Positions 1-15,821 of a stretch of DNA of 64,000 bases are shown piece by piece. Source of the DNA: Squalus acanthias (lineage: Eukaryota); contig CM059431.1 in assembly GCA_030390025.1 (NCBI GenBank), positions 146,694,001-146,758,000 of the forward strand, in the 5' to 3' direction. Every line of letters starts with the position of its first letter. The first letter of the stretch is position 1. The translations under genes and the position numbers were made by a program. The notes under the pieces are model-generated. The model saw nothing but the letters and a program-made list of their open reading frames with translations, did no database searches and was not told where the DNA came from.

Positions 1-3000
1 TCCATTGATGGTATCTGTCCATTCACTTTCCCAATCATTGATGGTATCTGTCCATTCACTTTCCAATCCATTGATGGTATCTGTCCATTCACTTTCCCAA
101 TCCATTGATGGTATCTGTCCATTCACTTTCCCAATCCATTGATGGTATCTGTCCATTCACTTTCCCAATCCATTGATGGTATCTGTCCATTCACTTTCCC
201 AATCCATTGATGGTATCTGTCCATTCACTTTCCCAATCCATTGATGGTATCTGTCCATTCACTTTCCCAATCCATTGATGGTATCTGTCCATTCACTTTC
301 CCAATCCATTGATGGTATCTGTCCATTCACTTTCCCAATCCATTGATGGTATCTGTCCATTCACTTTCCCAATCCATTGATGGTATCTGTCCATTCACTT
401 TCCCAATCCATTGATGGTATCTGTCCATTCACTTTCCCAATCCATTGATGGTATCTGTCCATTCACTTTCCCAATCCATTGATGGTATCTGTCCATTCAC
501 TTTCCCAATCCATTGATGGTATCTGTCCATTCACTTTCCCAATCCATTGATGGTATCTGTCCATTCACTTTCCCAATCCATTGATGGTATCTGTCCATTC
601 ACTTTCCCAATCCATTGATGGTATCTGTCCATTCACTTTCCCAATCCATTGATGGTATCTGTCCATTCACTTTCCCAATCCATTGATGGTATCTGTCCAT
701 TCACTTTCCCAATCCATTGATGGTATCTGTCCATTCACTTTCCCAATCCATTGATGGTATCTGTCCATTCACTTTCCAATCCATTGATGGTATCTGTCCA
801 TTCACTTTCCCAATCCATTGATGGTATCTGTCCATTCACTTTCCCAATCCAATGATGGTATCTGTCCATTCACTTTCCCAATCCATTGATGGTATCTGTC
901 CATTCACTTTCCCAATCCATTGATGGTATCTGTCCATTCACTTTCCCAATCCATTGATGGTATCTGTCCATTCACTTTCCCAATCATTGATGGTATCTGT
1001 CCATTCACTTTCCCAATCCATTGATGGTATCGGTCCATTGACTTTCCCAATCCATTGATGGTATCTGTCCATTCACTTTCCCAATCCATTGATGGTATCT
1101 GTCCATTCACTTTCCCAATCTATTGATGGTATCCGTCCATTCTCTTTCCCAATCCAATGATGGTATCTGTCCATTCAGTTTCCCAGTTCATTGATGGTAT
1201 CTGTCGATTAACTTTCCCAATCCATTGATGGAATCTGTCCATTCAGTTTCCCAGTTCATTGATGGTATCTGTCCATTAACTTTCCCAATCCATTGATGGT
1301 ATCTGTCCATTCACTTTCCCAATCCATTGATGGTTTCTGTCGATTAACTTTCCCAATCCATTGATGGTATCTGTCCATTCACTTTCCCAATCCATTGATG
1401 GTATATGTCCCTTCACTTTCCCAATCCATTGATGGTATCTGTCGATTAACTTTCCCAATCCATTGATGGTATCTGTCCATTAACTTTCTCAATCCATTGA
1501 TGGTATCTGTACATTAACTTTCCCAATCCAATGATGGTATCTGTCCATTCACTTTATCAATCCATTGATGGTATCTGTTCATTAACTTTCCCAATCCAAT
1601 GATGGTATCTGTCCATTCACTTTATCAATTCATTGATGCTATCTGTCCATTAACTTTCCCAATCCATTGATGGTATCTGTCCATTCACTTTAGCAATCCA
1701 TTGATGGTATCTGTTCATTCCCTTTCCCAATCCATTGATGGTATCTGTCCATTCACTTTCCCAATCCATTAATAGTATCTGTGCATTCACTTTCCCAATC
1801 CATTGATGGTATCTGTCCATTCACTTTCCCAATCCATTGATGGTATCTGTCCATTCACTTTCCCAATCCATTGATGCTATCTGTCCATTCACTTTCCAAT
1901 CCATTGATGGTATCTGTCCATTCACTTTCCCAATCCATTGATGGTATCTGTCCATTGACTTTCCCAATCCATTGATGGTATCTGTCCATTCACTTTCCCA
2001 ATCCATTGATGGTAACTGTCCATTCACTTTCCCAATCCATTGATGGTATCTGTCCATTCACTTTCCCAGTCTATTGATGGTATCTGTCCATTCACTTTCC
2101 CAATCCATTGATGGTATCTGTCCATTCACTTTCCCAATCCATTGATGGTATCTGTCCATTCACTTTCCCAATCCATTGATGGTATCTGTCCATTCACTTT
2201 CCCAATCTATTGATGGTATCCGTCCATTCACTTTCCCAATCCATTGATGGTATCTGTCCATTCACTTTCCCAATCCATTGATGGTATCTGTCCATTCACT
2301 TTCCCAATCCATTGATGGTATCTGTCCATTCACTTTCCCAATCCATTGATGGTATCTGTCCATTCACTTTCCCAATCCATTGATGGTATCTGTCCATTCA
2401 CTTTCCCAATCCATTGATGGTATCTGTCCATTCACTTTCCCAATCCATTGATGGTATCTGTCCATTCACTTTCCCAATCCATTGATGGTATCTGTCCATT
2501 CACTTTCCCAATCCATTGATGGTATCTGTCCATTCACTTTCCCAATCCATTGATGGTATCTGTCCATTCACTTTCCCAATCCATTGATGGTATCTGTCCA
2601 TTCACTTTCCCAATCCATTGATGGTATCTGTCCATTCACTTTCCCAATCCATTGATGGTATCTGTCCATTCACTTTCCCAATCCATTGATGGTATCTGTC
2701 CATTCACTTTCCCAATCCATTGATGGTATCTGTCCATTCACTTTCCCAATCCATTGATGGTATCTGTCCATTCACTTTCCCAATCCATTGATGGTATCTG
2801 TCCATTCACTTTCCCAATCCATTGATGGTATCTGTCCATTCACTTTCCCAATCCATTGATGGTATCTGTCCATTCACTTTCCCAATCCATTGATGGTATC
2901 TGTCCATTCACTTTCCCAATCCATTGATGGTATCTGTCCATTAACTTTCCCAATCCATTGATGGTATCTGTCCATTCACTTTCCCAATCCATTGATGGTA

Positions 3001-6000
3001 TCTGTCCATTCACTTTCCCAATCCATTGATGGTATCTGTCCATTCACTTTCCCAATCCATTGATGGTATCTGTCCATTAACTTTCCCAATCCATTGATGG
3101 TATCTGTCCATTCACTTTCCAATCCATTGATGGTATCTGTCCATTCACTTTCCAATCCATTGATGGTATCTGTCCATTCACTTTCCCAATCCATTGATGT
3201 ATCTGTCCATTCACTTTCCCAATCCATTGATGGTATCTGTCCATTCACTTTCCCAATCCATTGATGGTATCTGTCCATTCACTTTCCCAGTCATTGATGG
3301 TATCTGTCCATTCACTTTCCCAATCCATTGATGGTATCTGTCCATTCACTTTCCCAATCCATTGATGGTATCTGTCCATTCACTTTCCCAATCCATTGAT
3401 GGTATCTGTCCATTCACTTTCCCAATCCATTGATGGTATCTGTCCATTCACTTTCCCAATCCATTGATGGTATCTGTCCATTCACTTTCCCAATCCATTG
3501 ATGGTATCTGTCCATTCACTTTCCCAATCCATTGATGGTATCTGTCCATTCACTTTCCCAATCCATTGATGGTATCTGTCCATTCACTTTCCCAATCCAT
3601 TGATGGTATCTGTCCATTCACTTTCCCAATCCATTGATGGTATCTGTCCATTCACTTTCCCAATCATTGATGGTATCTGTCCATTCACTTTCCCAATCCA
3701 TTGATGGTATCTGTCCATTCACTTTCCCAATCCATTGATGGTATCTGTCCATTAACTTTCCCAATCCATTGATGGTATCTGTCCATTCACTTTCCCAATC
3801 CATTGATGGTATCTGTCCATTCACTTACCCATTCAATTGATAGTATCTGTCCATTCACTTTCCCAATCCATTGATGCTATCTGTCCATTCACTTTCCCAA
3901 TCCATTGATGGTATCTGTCCATTCACTTTCCCAATCCATTGATGGTATCTGTCCATTCACTTTCCAATCCATTGATGGTATCTGTCCATTCACTTTCCCA
4001 ATCCAATGATGGTATCTGTCCATTCACTTTCCAATCCATTGATGGTATCTGTCCATTCACTTTCCCAATCCATTGATGGTATCTGTCCATTCACTTTCTC
4101 AATCCATTGATGGTATCTGTCCATTCACTTTCCCAATCCATTGATGGTATCTGTCCATTCACTTTCCAATCCATTGATGGTATCTGTCCATTCACTTTCC
4201 CAATCCATTGATGGTATCTGTCCATTCACTTTCCCAATCCATTGATGGTATCTGTCCATTCACTTTCCCAATCTATTGATGGTATCTGTCCATTCACTTT
4301 CCCAATCCATTGATGGTATCTGTCCATTCACTTTCCAATCCATTGATGGTATCTGTCCATTCACTTTCCCAATCCATTGATGGTATCTGTCCATTCACTT
4401 TCCCAATCCATTGATGGTATCTGTCCATTCACTTTCCCAATCCATTGATGGTATCTGTCCATTCACTTTCCCAATCCATTGATGGTATCTGTCCATTCAC
4501 TTTCCCAATCTATTGATGGTATCCGACCATTCACTTTCCCAATCCAATGATGGTATCTGTCCATTCACTTTATCAATCCATTGATGGTATCTGTCCATTC
4601 ACTTTCCCAATCCATTGATGGTATCTGTCCATTCACTTTCCCAATCCATTGATGGTATCTGTCCATTCACTTTCTCAATCTATTGATGGTATCTGTCCAT
4701 TCACTTTCCCAATGAATTGATGGTATCTGTCCATTCACTTTCCCCATCGAATGATGGTTTCTGTCCATTCACTTTCCCAATCCATTGATGGTATCGGTCC
4801 ATTGACTTTCCCAATCCATTGATGGTATCTGTCCATTCACTTTCCCAATCCATTGATGGTATCTGTCCATTCACTTTCCCCATCGATTGATGGTATCTGT
4901 CCATTCACTTTCCAATCCATTGATGGTATCTGTCCATTCACTTTCCCAATCCATTGATGGTATCTGTCCGATTCACTTTCCCAATCCATTGATGGTATCT
5001 GTCCATTCACTTTCCCAATCATTGATGGTATCTGTCCATTAACTTTCCCAATCCATTGATGGTATCTGTCCATTCACTTTCCCAATCCATTGATGGTATC
5101 TGTCCATTAACTTTCCCAATCCATTGATGGTATCTGTCCATTAACTTTCCCAATCCATTGATGGTATCTGTCCATTCACTTTCCCAATCCATTGATGGTA
5201 TCTGTCATTAACTTTCCCAATCCATTGATGGTATCTGTCCATTCACTTTATCAATCCATTGATGCTATCTGTCCATTAACTTTCCCAATCCATTGATGGT
5301 ATCTGTCCATTCACTTTGTCAAATCATTGATGGTATCTGTCCATTCACTTTCGCAATCCATTGATGGTATGTGTGCATTGATTTCCCTAATCCATTAATT
5401 ATATCTGTCCATTCACTTTCCCAATCCATTGATGGTAACTGTCCATTCACTTTCCCAATCCATTGATGGTATCTGTCCATTCACTTTCCCAGTCTATTGA
5501 TGGTATCTGTCCACTCACTTTCCCAATCCATTGATGCTATCTGTCCATTCACTTTCCCAATCCATTGATGGTATCTGTCCATTCACTTTCCCAATCCATT
5601 GATGGTAACTGTCCATTCACTTTCCCAATCCATTGATGGTATCTGTCCATTCACTTTCCCAATCTATTGATGGTATCCGAACATTCACTTTCCCAATCCA
5701 ATGATGGTATCTGTCCATTCACTTTATCAATCCATTGATGGTATCTGTCCATTAACTTTCCCAATCCATTGATGGTATCTGTCCATTCACTTTCCCATCC
5801 ATTGATGGTATCTGTCCATTCACTTTCCCAATCATTGATGGTATCTGTCCATTCACTTTCCCAATCAATTGATGGTATCTGTCCATTCACTTTCCCCATC
5901 CAATGATGGTATCTGTCCATTCACTTTCCCAATCCATTGATGGTATCTGTCCATTCACTTTCCCAATCCATTGATGGTATCTGTCCATTCACTTTCCCAA

Positions 6001-9000
6001 TCCATTGATGGTATCTGTCCATTCACTTTCCCCATCGAATGATGGTTTCTGTCCATTCACTTTCCCAATCCATTGATGGTATCTGTCCATTCACTTTCCC
6101 AATCCATTGATGGTATCTGTCCATTCACTTTCCCAATCCATTGATGGTATCTGTCCATTCACTTTCCCAATCTATTGATGGTATCTGTCCATTCACTTTC
6201 CCAATCCAATGATGGTATCTGTCCATTCACTTTATCCATCCATTGATGGTATCTGTCCGTTCACTTTCCCAATCCATTGATGGTATCTGTCCATTCACTT
6301 TCCCAATCATTGATGGTATCTGTCCATTCACTTTCCCAATCCATTGATGGTATCTGTCCATTCACTTTCCCAATCCATTGATGGTATCTGTCCATTCACT
6401 TTCCCAATCCATTGATGGTATCTGTCCATTCACTTTCCCAATCCATTGATGGTATCTGTCCATTCACTTTCCCAATCCATTGATGGTATCTGTCCATTCA
6501 CTTTCCCAATCCATTGATGGTATCTGTCCATTCACTTTCCCAATCCATTGATGGTATCTGTCCATTCACTTTCCCAATCCATTGATGGTATCTGTCCATT
6601 CACTTTCCCAATCCATTGATGGTATCTGTCCATTCACTTTCCCAATCCATTGATGGTATCTGTCCATTCACTTTCCCAATCCATTGATGGTATCTGTCCA
6701 TTCACTTTCCCAATCCATTGATGGTATCTGTCCATTCACTTTCCCAATCCATTGATGGTATCTGTCCATTCACTTTCCCAATCCATTGATGGTATCTGTC
6801 CATTCACTTTCCCAATCCATTGATGGTATCTGTCCATTCACTTTCCCAATCATTGATGGTATCTGTCCATTCACTTTCCCAATCCATTGATGGTATCTGT
6901 CCATTCACTTTCCCAATCCATTGATGGTATCTGTCCATTCACTTTCCCAATCCATTGATGGTATCTGTCCATTCACTTTCCCAATCCATTGATGGTATCT
7001 GTCCATTCACTTTCCCCATCGAATGATGGTTTCTGTCCATTCACTTTCCCAATCCATTGATGGTATCTGTCCATTCACTTTCCCAATCCATTGATGGTAT
7101 CTGTCCATTCACTTTCCCAATCCATTGATGGTATCTGTCCATTCACTTTCCCAATCTATTGATGGTATCCGTCCATTCACTTTCCCAATCCAATGATGGT
7201 ATCTGTCCATTCACTTTATCAATCCATTGATGGTATCTGTCCATTCACTTTCCCAATCCATTGATGGTATCTGTCCATTCACTTTCCCAATTCATTGATA
7301 GTATCTGTCCATTAACTTTCCCAATCCATTGATGGTATCTGTCCATTCACTTTCCCAATCCATTGATGGTTTCTGTCGATTAACTTTCCCAATCCATTGA
7401 TGGTATCTGTCCATTCACTTTCCCAATCCATTGATGGTATCTGTCCATTCACTTTCCCAATCCATTGATGGTATCTGTCGATTAACTTTCCCAATCCATT
7501 GATGGTATCTGTCCATTAACTTTCTCAATCCAACGATGGTATCTGTCCATTAACTTCCCCAATCCAATGATGGTATCTGTCCATTCACTTTCCCAATCCA
7601 TTGATGGTATCTGTCCATTCACTTTCCCAATCTATTAATAGTATCTGTGCATTGATTTCCCCAATCCATTAATGATATCTGTCCATTCACTTTCCCAATC
7701 TATTGATGGTATCTGTCCACTCACTTTCCCAATCCAGTGATGGTATCTGTCCATTCACTTTCCCAGTCTATTGATGGTATCTGTCCACTCACTTTCCCAA
7801 TCCATTGATGCTATCTGTCCATTCACTTTCCCAATCCATTGATGGTATCTGTCCATTCACTTTCCCAATCCATTGATGGTAACTGTCCATTCACTTTCCC
7901 AATCCATTGATGGTATCTGTCCATTCACTTTCCCAATCTATTGATGGTATCCGAACATTCACTTTCCCAATCCAATGATGGTATCTGTCCATTCACTTTA
8001 TCAATCCATTGATGGTATCTGTCCATTAACTTTCCCAATCCATTGATGGTATCTGTCCATTCACTTTCTCCAATCCATTGATGGTATCTGTCCATTCACT
8101 TTCCCAATCCATTGATGGTATCTGTCCATTCACTTTCCCAATCCATTGATGGTATCTGTCCATTCACTTTCCCAATCCATTGATGGTATCTGTCCATTCA
8201 CTTTCCCAATCCATTGATGGTATCTGTCCATTCACTTTCCCAATCCATTGATGGTATCTGTCCATTCACTTTCCCAATCCATTGATGGTATCTGTCCATT
8301 CACTTTCCCAATCCATTGATGGTATCTGTCCATTCACTTTCCCAATCCATTGATGGTATCTGTCCATTCACTTTCCCAATCCATTGATGGTATCTGTCCA
8401 TTCACTTTCCCAATCCATTGATGGTATCTGTCCATTCACTTTCCCAATCTATTGATGGTATCTGTCCATTCACTTTCCCAATCCATTGATGGTATCTGTC
8501 CATTCACTTTCCCAATCCATTGATGGTATCTGTCCATTCACTTTCCCAATCCATTGATGGTATCTGTCCATTCACTTTCCCAGTTCATTGATGGTATCTG
8601 TCCATTAACTTTCCCAATCCATTGATGGTATCTGTCCATTCACTTTCCCAATCCATTGATGGTATCTGTCCATTCACTTTCCCAATCCATTGATGGTATC
8701 TGTCCATTCACTTTCCCAATCCATTGATGGTATCTGTCCATTCACTTTCCCAATCCATTGATGGTATCTGTCCATTCACTTTCCCAATCCATTGATGGTA
8801 TCTGTCCATTCACTTTCCCAATCCATTGATGGTATCTGTCCATTAACTTTCCCAATCCATTGATGGTATCTGTCCATTCACTTTCCCAATCCATTGATGG
8901 TATCTGTCCATTCACTTTCCCAATCCATTGATGGTATCTGTCCATTCACTTTCCCAATCCATTGATGGTATCTGTCCATTCACTTTCCCAATCCATTGAT

Positions 9001-12000
9001 GGTATCTGTCCATTCACTTTCCCAATCCATTGATGGTATCTGTCCATTCACTTTCTCAATCCATTGATGGTATCTGTCCATTCACTTTCCCAATCCATTG
9101 ATGGTATCTGTCCATTCACTTTCCCAATCCATTGATGGTATCTGTCCATTCACTTTCCCAATCCATTGATGGTATCTGTCCATTCACTTTCCCAATCCAT
9201 TGATGGTATCTGTCCATTCACTTTCCCAGTCTATTGATGGTATCTGTCCATTCACTTTCCCAATCCATTGATGGTATCTGTCCATTCACTTTCCCAATCC
9301 ATTGATGGTAGCTGTCCATTCACTTTCCCAATCTATTGATGGTATCTGTCCACTCACTTTCCCAATCCATTGATGGTATCTGTCCATTCACTTTCCCAGT
9401 CTATTGATGGTATCTGTCCATTCACTTTCCCAATCCATTGATGGTATCTGTCCATTCACTTTCCCAATCCATTGATGGTATCTGTCCATTCACTTTCCCA
9501 ATCCATTGATGGTATCTGTCCATTCACTTTCCCAATCCATTGATGGTATCTGTCCTTTCACTTTCCCAATCTATTGATGGTATCTGTCCATTCACTTTCC
9601 CAATCCAATGATGGTATCTGTCCATTCACTTTCCAATCCATTGATGGTATCTGTCCATTCACTTTCCAAATCCATTGATGGTATCTTCCACTCACTTTCT
9701 CCACCCATTGATGGTATCTGTCCGTTCACTTTCTCAATCTATTGATGGTATCTGTCCATTCACTTTCCCATCGAATGATGGTTTCTGTCCATTCACTTTC
9801 CCAATCCAGTGATGGTATCTGTCCATTCACTTTCCCAATCCATTGATGGTATCTGTCCATTCACTTTCCCAATCCATTGATGGTATCTGTCCATTCACTT
9901 TCCCAATCCATTGATGGTATCTGTCCATTCACTTTCCCAATCCATTGATGGTATCTGTCCATTCACTTTCCCAATCTATTGATGGTATCTGTCCATTCAC
10001 TTTCCCAATCCATTGATGGTATCTGTCCATTCACTTTATCAATCCATTGATGGTATCTGTCCATTCACTTTCCCAATCCATTGATGGTATCTGTCCATTC
10101 AGTTTCCCATTCAATTGATAGTATCTGTCCATTCACTTTCCCAATCCATTGATGGTATCTGTCCATTAACTTTCCCAATCCATTGATGGTATCTGTCCAT
10201 TCACTTTCCCAATCCATTGATGGTATCTGTCCATTCACTTTCCCAATCCATTGATGGTATCTGTCCATTCACTTTCCCAATCCATTGATGGTATCTGTCC
10301 ATTCACTTTCCCAATCCATTGATGGTATCTGTCCATTCACTTTCCCAATCCATTGATGGTATCTGTCCATTCACTTTCCCAATCATTGATGGTATCTGTC
10401 CATTCACTTTCCCAATCTATTGATGGTATCTGTCCATTCACTTTCCCAATCCAATGATGGTATCTGTCCATTCACTTTCCCAATCCATTGATGGTATCTG
10501 TCCATTCACTTTCCCAATCCATTGATGGTATCTGTCCATTCACTTTCCCAATCCATTGATGGTATCTGTCCATTCACTTTCCCAATCCATTGATGGTTTC
10601 TGTCGATTAACTTTCCCAATCCATTGATGGTATCTGTCCATTCACTTTCCCAATCCATTGATGGTATCTGTCCATTCACTTTCCCAATCCATTGATGGTA
10701 TCTGTCGATTAACTTTCCCAATCCATTGATGGTATCTGTCCATTAACTTTCTCAATCCATCGATGGTATCTGTCCATTAACTTCCCCAATCCAATGATGG
10801 TATCTGTCCATTCACTTTATCAATCCATTGATGGTATCTGTTCATTAACTTTCCCAATCCAATGATGGTATCTGTCCATTCACTTTATCAATTCATTGAT
10901 GCTATCTGTCCATTAACTTTCCCAATCCATTGATGGTATCTGTCCATTCACTTTATCAATCCATTGATGGTATCTGTTCATTCCCTTTCCCAATCCATTG
11001 ATGGTATCTGTCCATTCACTTTCCCAATCCATTAATAGTATCTGTGCATTGATTTCCCCAATCCATTAATGATATCTGTCCATTCACTTTCCCAATCCAT
11101 TGATGGTATCTGTCCATTCACTTTCCCAATCCATTGATGGTATCTGTCCATTCACTTTATCAATCCATTGATGGTATCTGTCCATTCACTTTCCCAATCC
11201 ATTGATGGTATGTGTGCATTGATTTCCCTAATCCATTAATGATATCTGTCCATTCACTTTCCCAATCCATTGATGGTAACTGTCCATTCACTTTCCCAAT
11301 CCATTGATGGTATCTGTCCATTCACTTTCCCAGTCTATTGATGGTATCTGTCCATTCACTTTCCCAATCCATTGATGGTATCTGTCCATTCACTTTCCCA
11401 ATCCATTGATGGTATCTGTCCATTCACTTTCCCAATCCATTGATGGTATCTGTCCATTCACTTTCCCAATCCATTGATGGTATCTGTCCATTCACTTTCC
11501 CAATCCATTGATGGTATCTGTCCATTCACTTTCCCAATCATTGATGGTATCTGTCCATTCACTTTCCCAGTCAATGATGGTATCTGTCCATTCACTTTCC
11601 CAATCCATTGATGGTATCTGTCCATTCACTTTCCCAATCCATTGATGGTATCTGTCCATTCACTTTCCCAATCCATTGATGGTATCTGTCCATTCACTTT
11701 CCCAATCCATTGATGGTATCTGTCCATTCACTTTCCCAATCATTGATGGTATCTGTCCATTCACTTTCCCAATCCATTGATGGTATCTGTCCATTCACTT
11801 TCCCAATCATTGATGGTATCTGTCCATTCACTTTCCCATCCATTGATGGTATCTGTCCATTCACTTTCCCAATCCATTGATGGTATCTGTCCATTCACTT
11901 TATCAATCCATTGATGGTATCTGTCCATTCACTTTCCCAATCCATTGATGGTATCTGTCCATTCACTTTCCCAATCCATTGATGGTATCTGTCCATTCAC

Positions 12001-14895
12001 TTTCCCAATCCATTGATGGTATCTGTCCATTCACTTTCCCAATCCATTGATGGTTTCTGTCGATTAACTTTCCCAATCCATTGATGGTATCTGTCCATTC
12101 ACTTTCCCAATCCATTGATGGTATCTGTCCATTCACTTTCCCAATCCATTGATGGTATCTGTCGATTAACTTTCCCAATCCATTGATGGTATCTGTCCAT
12201 TAACTTTCTCAATCCATCGATGGTATCTGTCCATTAACTTTCCCAATCCAATGATGGTATCTGTCCATTCACTTTATCAATCCATTGATGGTATCTGTCC
12301 ATTAACTTTCCCAATCCAATGATGGTATCTGTCCATTCACTTATCAATCATTGATGGTATCTGTCCATTCACTTTCCCAATCCATTGATGGTATCTGTCC
12401 ATTCACTTTCCCAATCCATTGATGGTATCTGTCATTCCCTTTCCCAATCCATTGATGGTATCTGTCCATTCACTTTCCCAATCCATTGATGGTATCTGTC
12501 CATTCACTTTCCCAATCCATTGATGGTATCTGTCCATTCACTTTCCCAATCCATTGATGGTATCTGTCCACTCACTTTCCCAATCCATTGATGCTATCTG
12601 TCCATTCACTTTATCAATCCATTGATGGTATCTGTCCATTCACTTTCCCAATCCATTGATGGTATGTGTGCATTGATTTCCCTAATCCATTAATGATATC
12701 TGTCCATTCACTTTCCCAATCCATTGATGGTAACTGTCCATTCACTTTCCCAATCCATTGATGGTATCTGTCCATTCACTTTCCCAGTCTATTGATGGTA
12801 TCTGTCCATTCACTTTCCCAATCCATTGATGGTATCTGTCCATTCACTTTCCCAGTTCATTGATTGTAGCTGTCCATTCACTTTCCCAATCTATTGATGG
12901 TATCTGTCCACACACTTTCCAAATCCAATGATGGTTTCTGTCCATTCACTTTCCCAATCCATTGATGGTATCTGTACATTCACTTTCCCAATCTATTGAA
13001 GGTAACTGTCCATTCACTTTCCCAGTCCAATGATGGTATCTGTCCATTCACTTTCCCAATCTATTGATGGTATCTGTCCATTCACTTTATCAATCCATTG
13101 ATGGTATCTGTTCATTCACTTTCCCAATCCATTGAAGGTAACTGTCCATTCACTTACCCAATCCATTGATGGTATCTGTCCATTCACTTTCCCAGTCTAT
13201 TGATGGTATCTGTCTATTCTCTTTCCCAATCCATTGATGGACTCTGTCCATTCACTTTCCCAGTTCATTGATGACAGCTGTCCATTCACTTTCCCATCCA
13301 TTGATGGTATCTGTCCAGTCACTTTCCCAATCCATTGATGGTATCTGTCCATTCACTTTCCCAATTCATTGATGGTAGCTGTCCATTCACTTTCCCAATC
13401 CAGTGATGGTATCTGTCCATTCACTTTCCCAATCGATTGATGTTATCTGTCCATTCACTTTCCCAGTCCATTGATTGTATCTGTCCATTCACTCTCCCAA
13501 TCCATTGATGGTATCTGTCCGTTCACTTTCCCAATCCATTGATTGTATCAGTCCATTCACTTTCTCAATCCATTGATGGTATCTGTCCATTCACTTTCCC
13601 AATCTTTTGATGGTATCCGTCCATTCACTTTCCCAATCCAATGATGGTATCTGTCCATTCACTTTATCAATCCATTGATGGTATCGGTCCATTGACTTTA
13701 CCAATCCATTGATGGTATCTGTCCATTCACTTTCTCACTCAATTGATGGTATCTGTCCATTCACTTTCTCAATCTATTGATGGTATCCGTCCATTCACTT
13801 TCCCAATCCATTGATGGTATCTGTCCATTCACTTTCCCAATCCATTGATCGTATCTGCCGATTAACTTTCCCAGTCCATCGATGGTTTCTGTACATTAAC
13901 TTTCTCAATCCATTAATGGTATCTGTCCATTAACTTTCCCAATCCATTGATGGTATCTGTCCATTCACTTTCCCCATCCATTGTTGGTATGTGTGCATTG
14001 ATTTCCCTAATCCATTAATGATATCTGTCCATTCACTTTCCCAATCCATTGATGGTAACTGTCCATTCACTTTCCCAATCCATTGATGGTATCTGTCCAT
14101 TCACTTTCCCAGTCTATTAATGGTATCTGTCCATTCACTTTCCCAATCCATTGATGGTATCTGTCCATTCACTTTCCCAGTTCATTGATGGTAGCTGTCC
14201 ATTCACTTTCCCAATCTATTGATGGTATCTGTCCACTCACATTCCCAATCCAATGATGGTATCTGTCCATTCACTTTCCCAGTCTATTGATGGTATCTGT
14301 CCATTCACTTTCCCAATCCATTGATGGTATCTGTCCATTCACTTTCCCAATCTATTGATGGTATCCGTCCATTCACTTTCCCAATCCAATGATGGTATCT
14401 GTCCATTCACTTTCCCAATCTATTGATGGTATCTGTTCATTCACTTTCCCAATCCATTGATGGTAACTGTCCATTCACTTTCCCAATCCATTGATGGTAT
14501 CTGTCCATTCACTTTCCCAGTCTATTGATGGTAGCTGTCCATTCACTTTCCCAATCCATTGATGGTATCTGTCAATTCACTTTCCCAATCTATTGATGGT
14601 ATCTGTCCATTCACTTTTCCAATCCATTGATGGAATCTGTCCATTCACTTTCCCAATCCATTGATGGTATCTCTGCATCGATTTCCCCAATTCAGTGATG
14701 GTATCTGTCCATTCACTTTCCCAATCTATTGATGGTATCTCTCCATTCACTTTCCCAAACCAGTGATGGTATCTGTGCATCGATTTCCCCAATCCATTGA
14801 TGGTATCTGTCCATTCACTTTCCCAATACATTCACGGTATTTTTCCACTCACTTTCCCAATCCATTGATAGTATCTGTCCATTAACTTTCCCAGT
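1..14895. repeat. 34-bp tandem satellite (TCCATTGATGGTATCTGTCCATTCACTTTCCCAA)n, ~440 units, running off the left edge
   Basis: Directly visible head-to-tail repeat. Units become more diverged from ~12800 to the end of the array. Confidence 0.99.
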
Positions 14896-15235
14896 CGAAG
14901 TGGAAAGGCGTCGGTCCCCTGAATCCAGGAGCCTGTGTTCGATCACTATCTGTACCAGCTTTTAGATTTCCATCTTATTCAAAAAAAATTTGCCAGGCTT
15001 ATTAAGACTCCTCTCTCCTTGTCCCGCGCCATCTCAGCTGGAATGTCAAACTGCCCTTGCAAACTTTGAACATTTAACAATTTGCCGGACCGTTTTCTCG
15101 AGAGTAGCGATCAGTATTAATTACACTTTAAGTTCTCATTTCTATTGCAGGGAGACAGACAAATAGAGAAGACGTGTTCCAGATGTTAGTAATTACGAAA
15201 ATAAATTAATTTACTCAAACATTTCCTCAATCGTA

Positions 15236-15500
15236 GTTTCCAAATGATTGATATTGCGTGATTCATCGATTGATTCCAATCTATTGATAATCCACCAAAT
15301 CATTGACGATTTTAAATGATTGTTGTTTGCCGATTATAAACGGTTCTCAGTTCTTTTGCTGTAGCCGATTCATCAATGTTTCCCAATTCGTTCATGTTTC
15401 CCAGACATTAATATTTCCCATTCCATTCATGTTTCCCCATCCAGTACGCTTCCCATTAAAAGTGAGAAATTTCGATTCCATATCCATTGAGTTAAGTACA
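15236..15500. repeat. Highly degenerate ~17-bp repeat related to the satellite
   Basis: Recurrent tccatt/cattga...tttccca motifs at ~17-bp spacing, e.g. atgtttcccaattcgttc atgtttcccagacatta atatttcccattccattc atgtttccccatcca. Confidence 0.55.
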
Positions 15501-15821
15501 ACCTCTTTATCTGAGCTTTTGGATCTTCCACCGCAATTCCCAGGACGGCCTCGGGCTGATTTTCCATCGATCTGCACAGGAAATTCTGCCGGGAAATGAC
15601 TCGGGTCCCGTTTCATTCATTTTTTTGGTTTGCTGATTTACTGGGAAAGCCTTCTGGTCATCAACAATATATGTAAATAATGAACTATGGGATTGAATCT
15701 GAACGCACAGACAGGTAAAAGCATGGAAGATTCACTTGTTTTAAATTACCTGACTAATTAAATGCGGACTTGTTAAACACTCAAGACGCATTCAAACATT
15801 AGACTGATAGATGATCAGAAC

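Noticed and set aside
1..14895. CRISPR-like array, or repetitive proteins (MDWESEWTDTINGLGK...)
   Set aside because: The units are contiguous with no unique spacers and there are no cas genes. The ORFs are frame artefacts of a 34-bp repeat.
14888..14964. Possible tRNA-Gln-like remnant (ctgaatccag...gttcgatc) at the satellite edge
   Set aside because: Too degenerate to fold or assign by eye.
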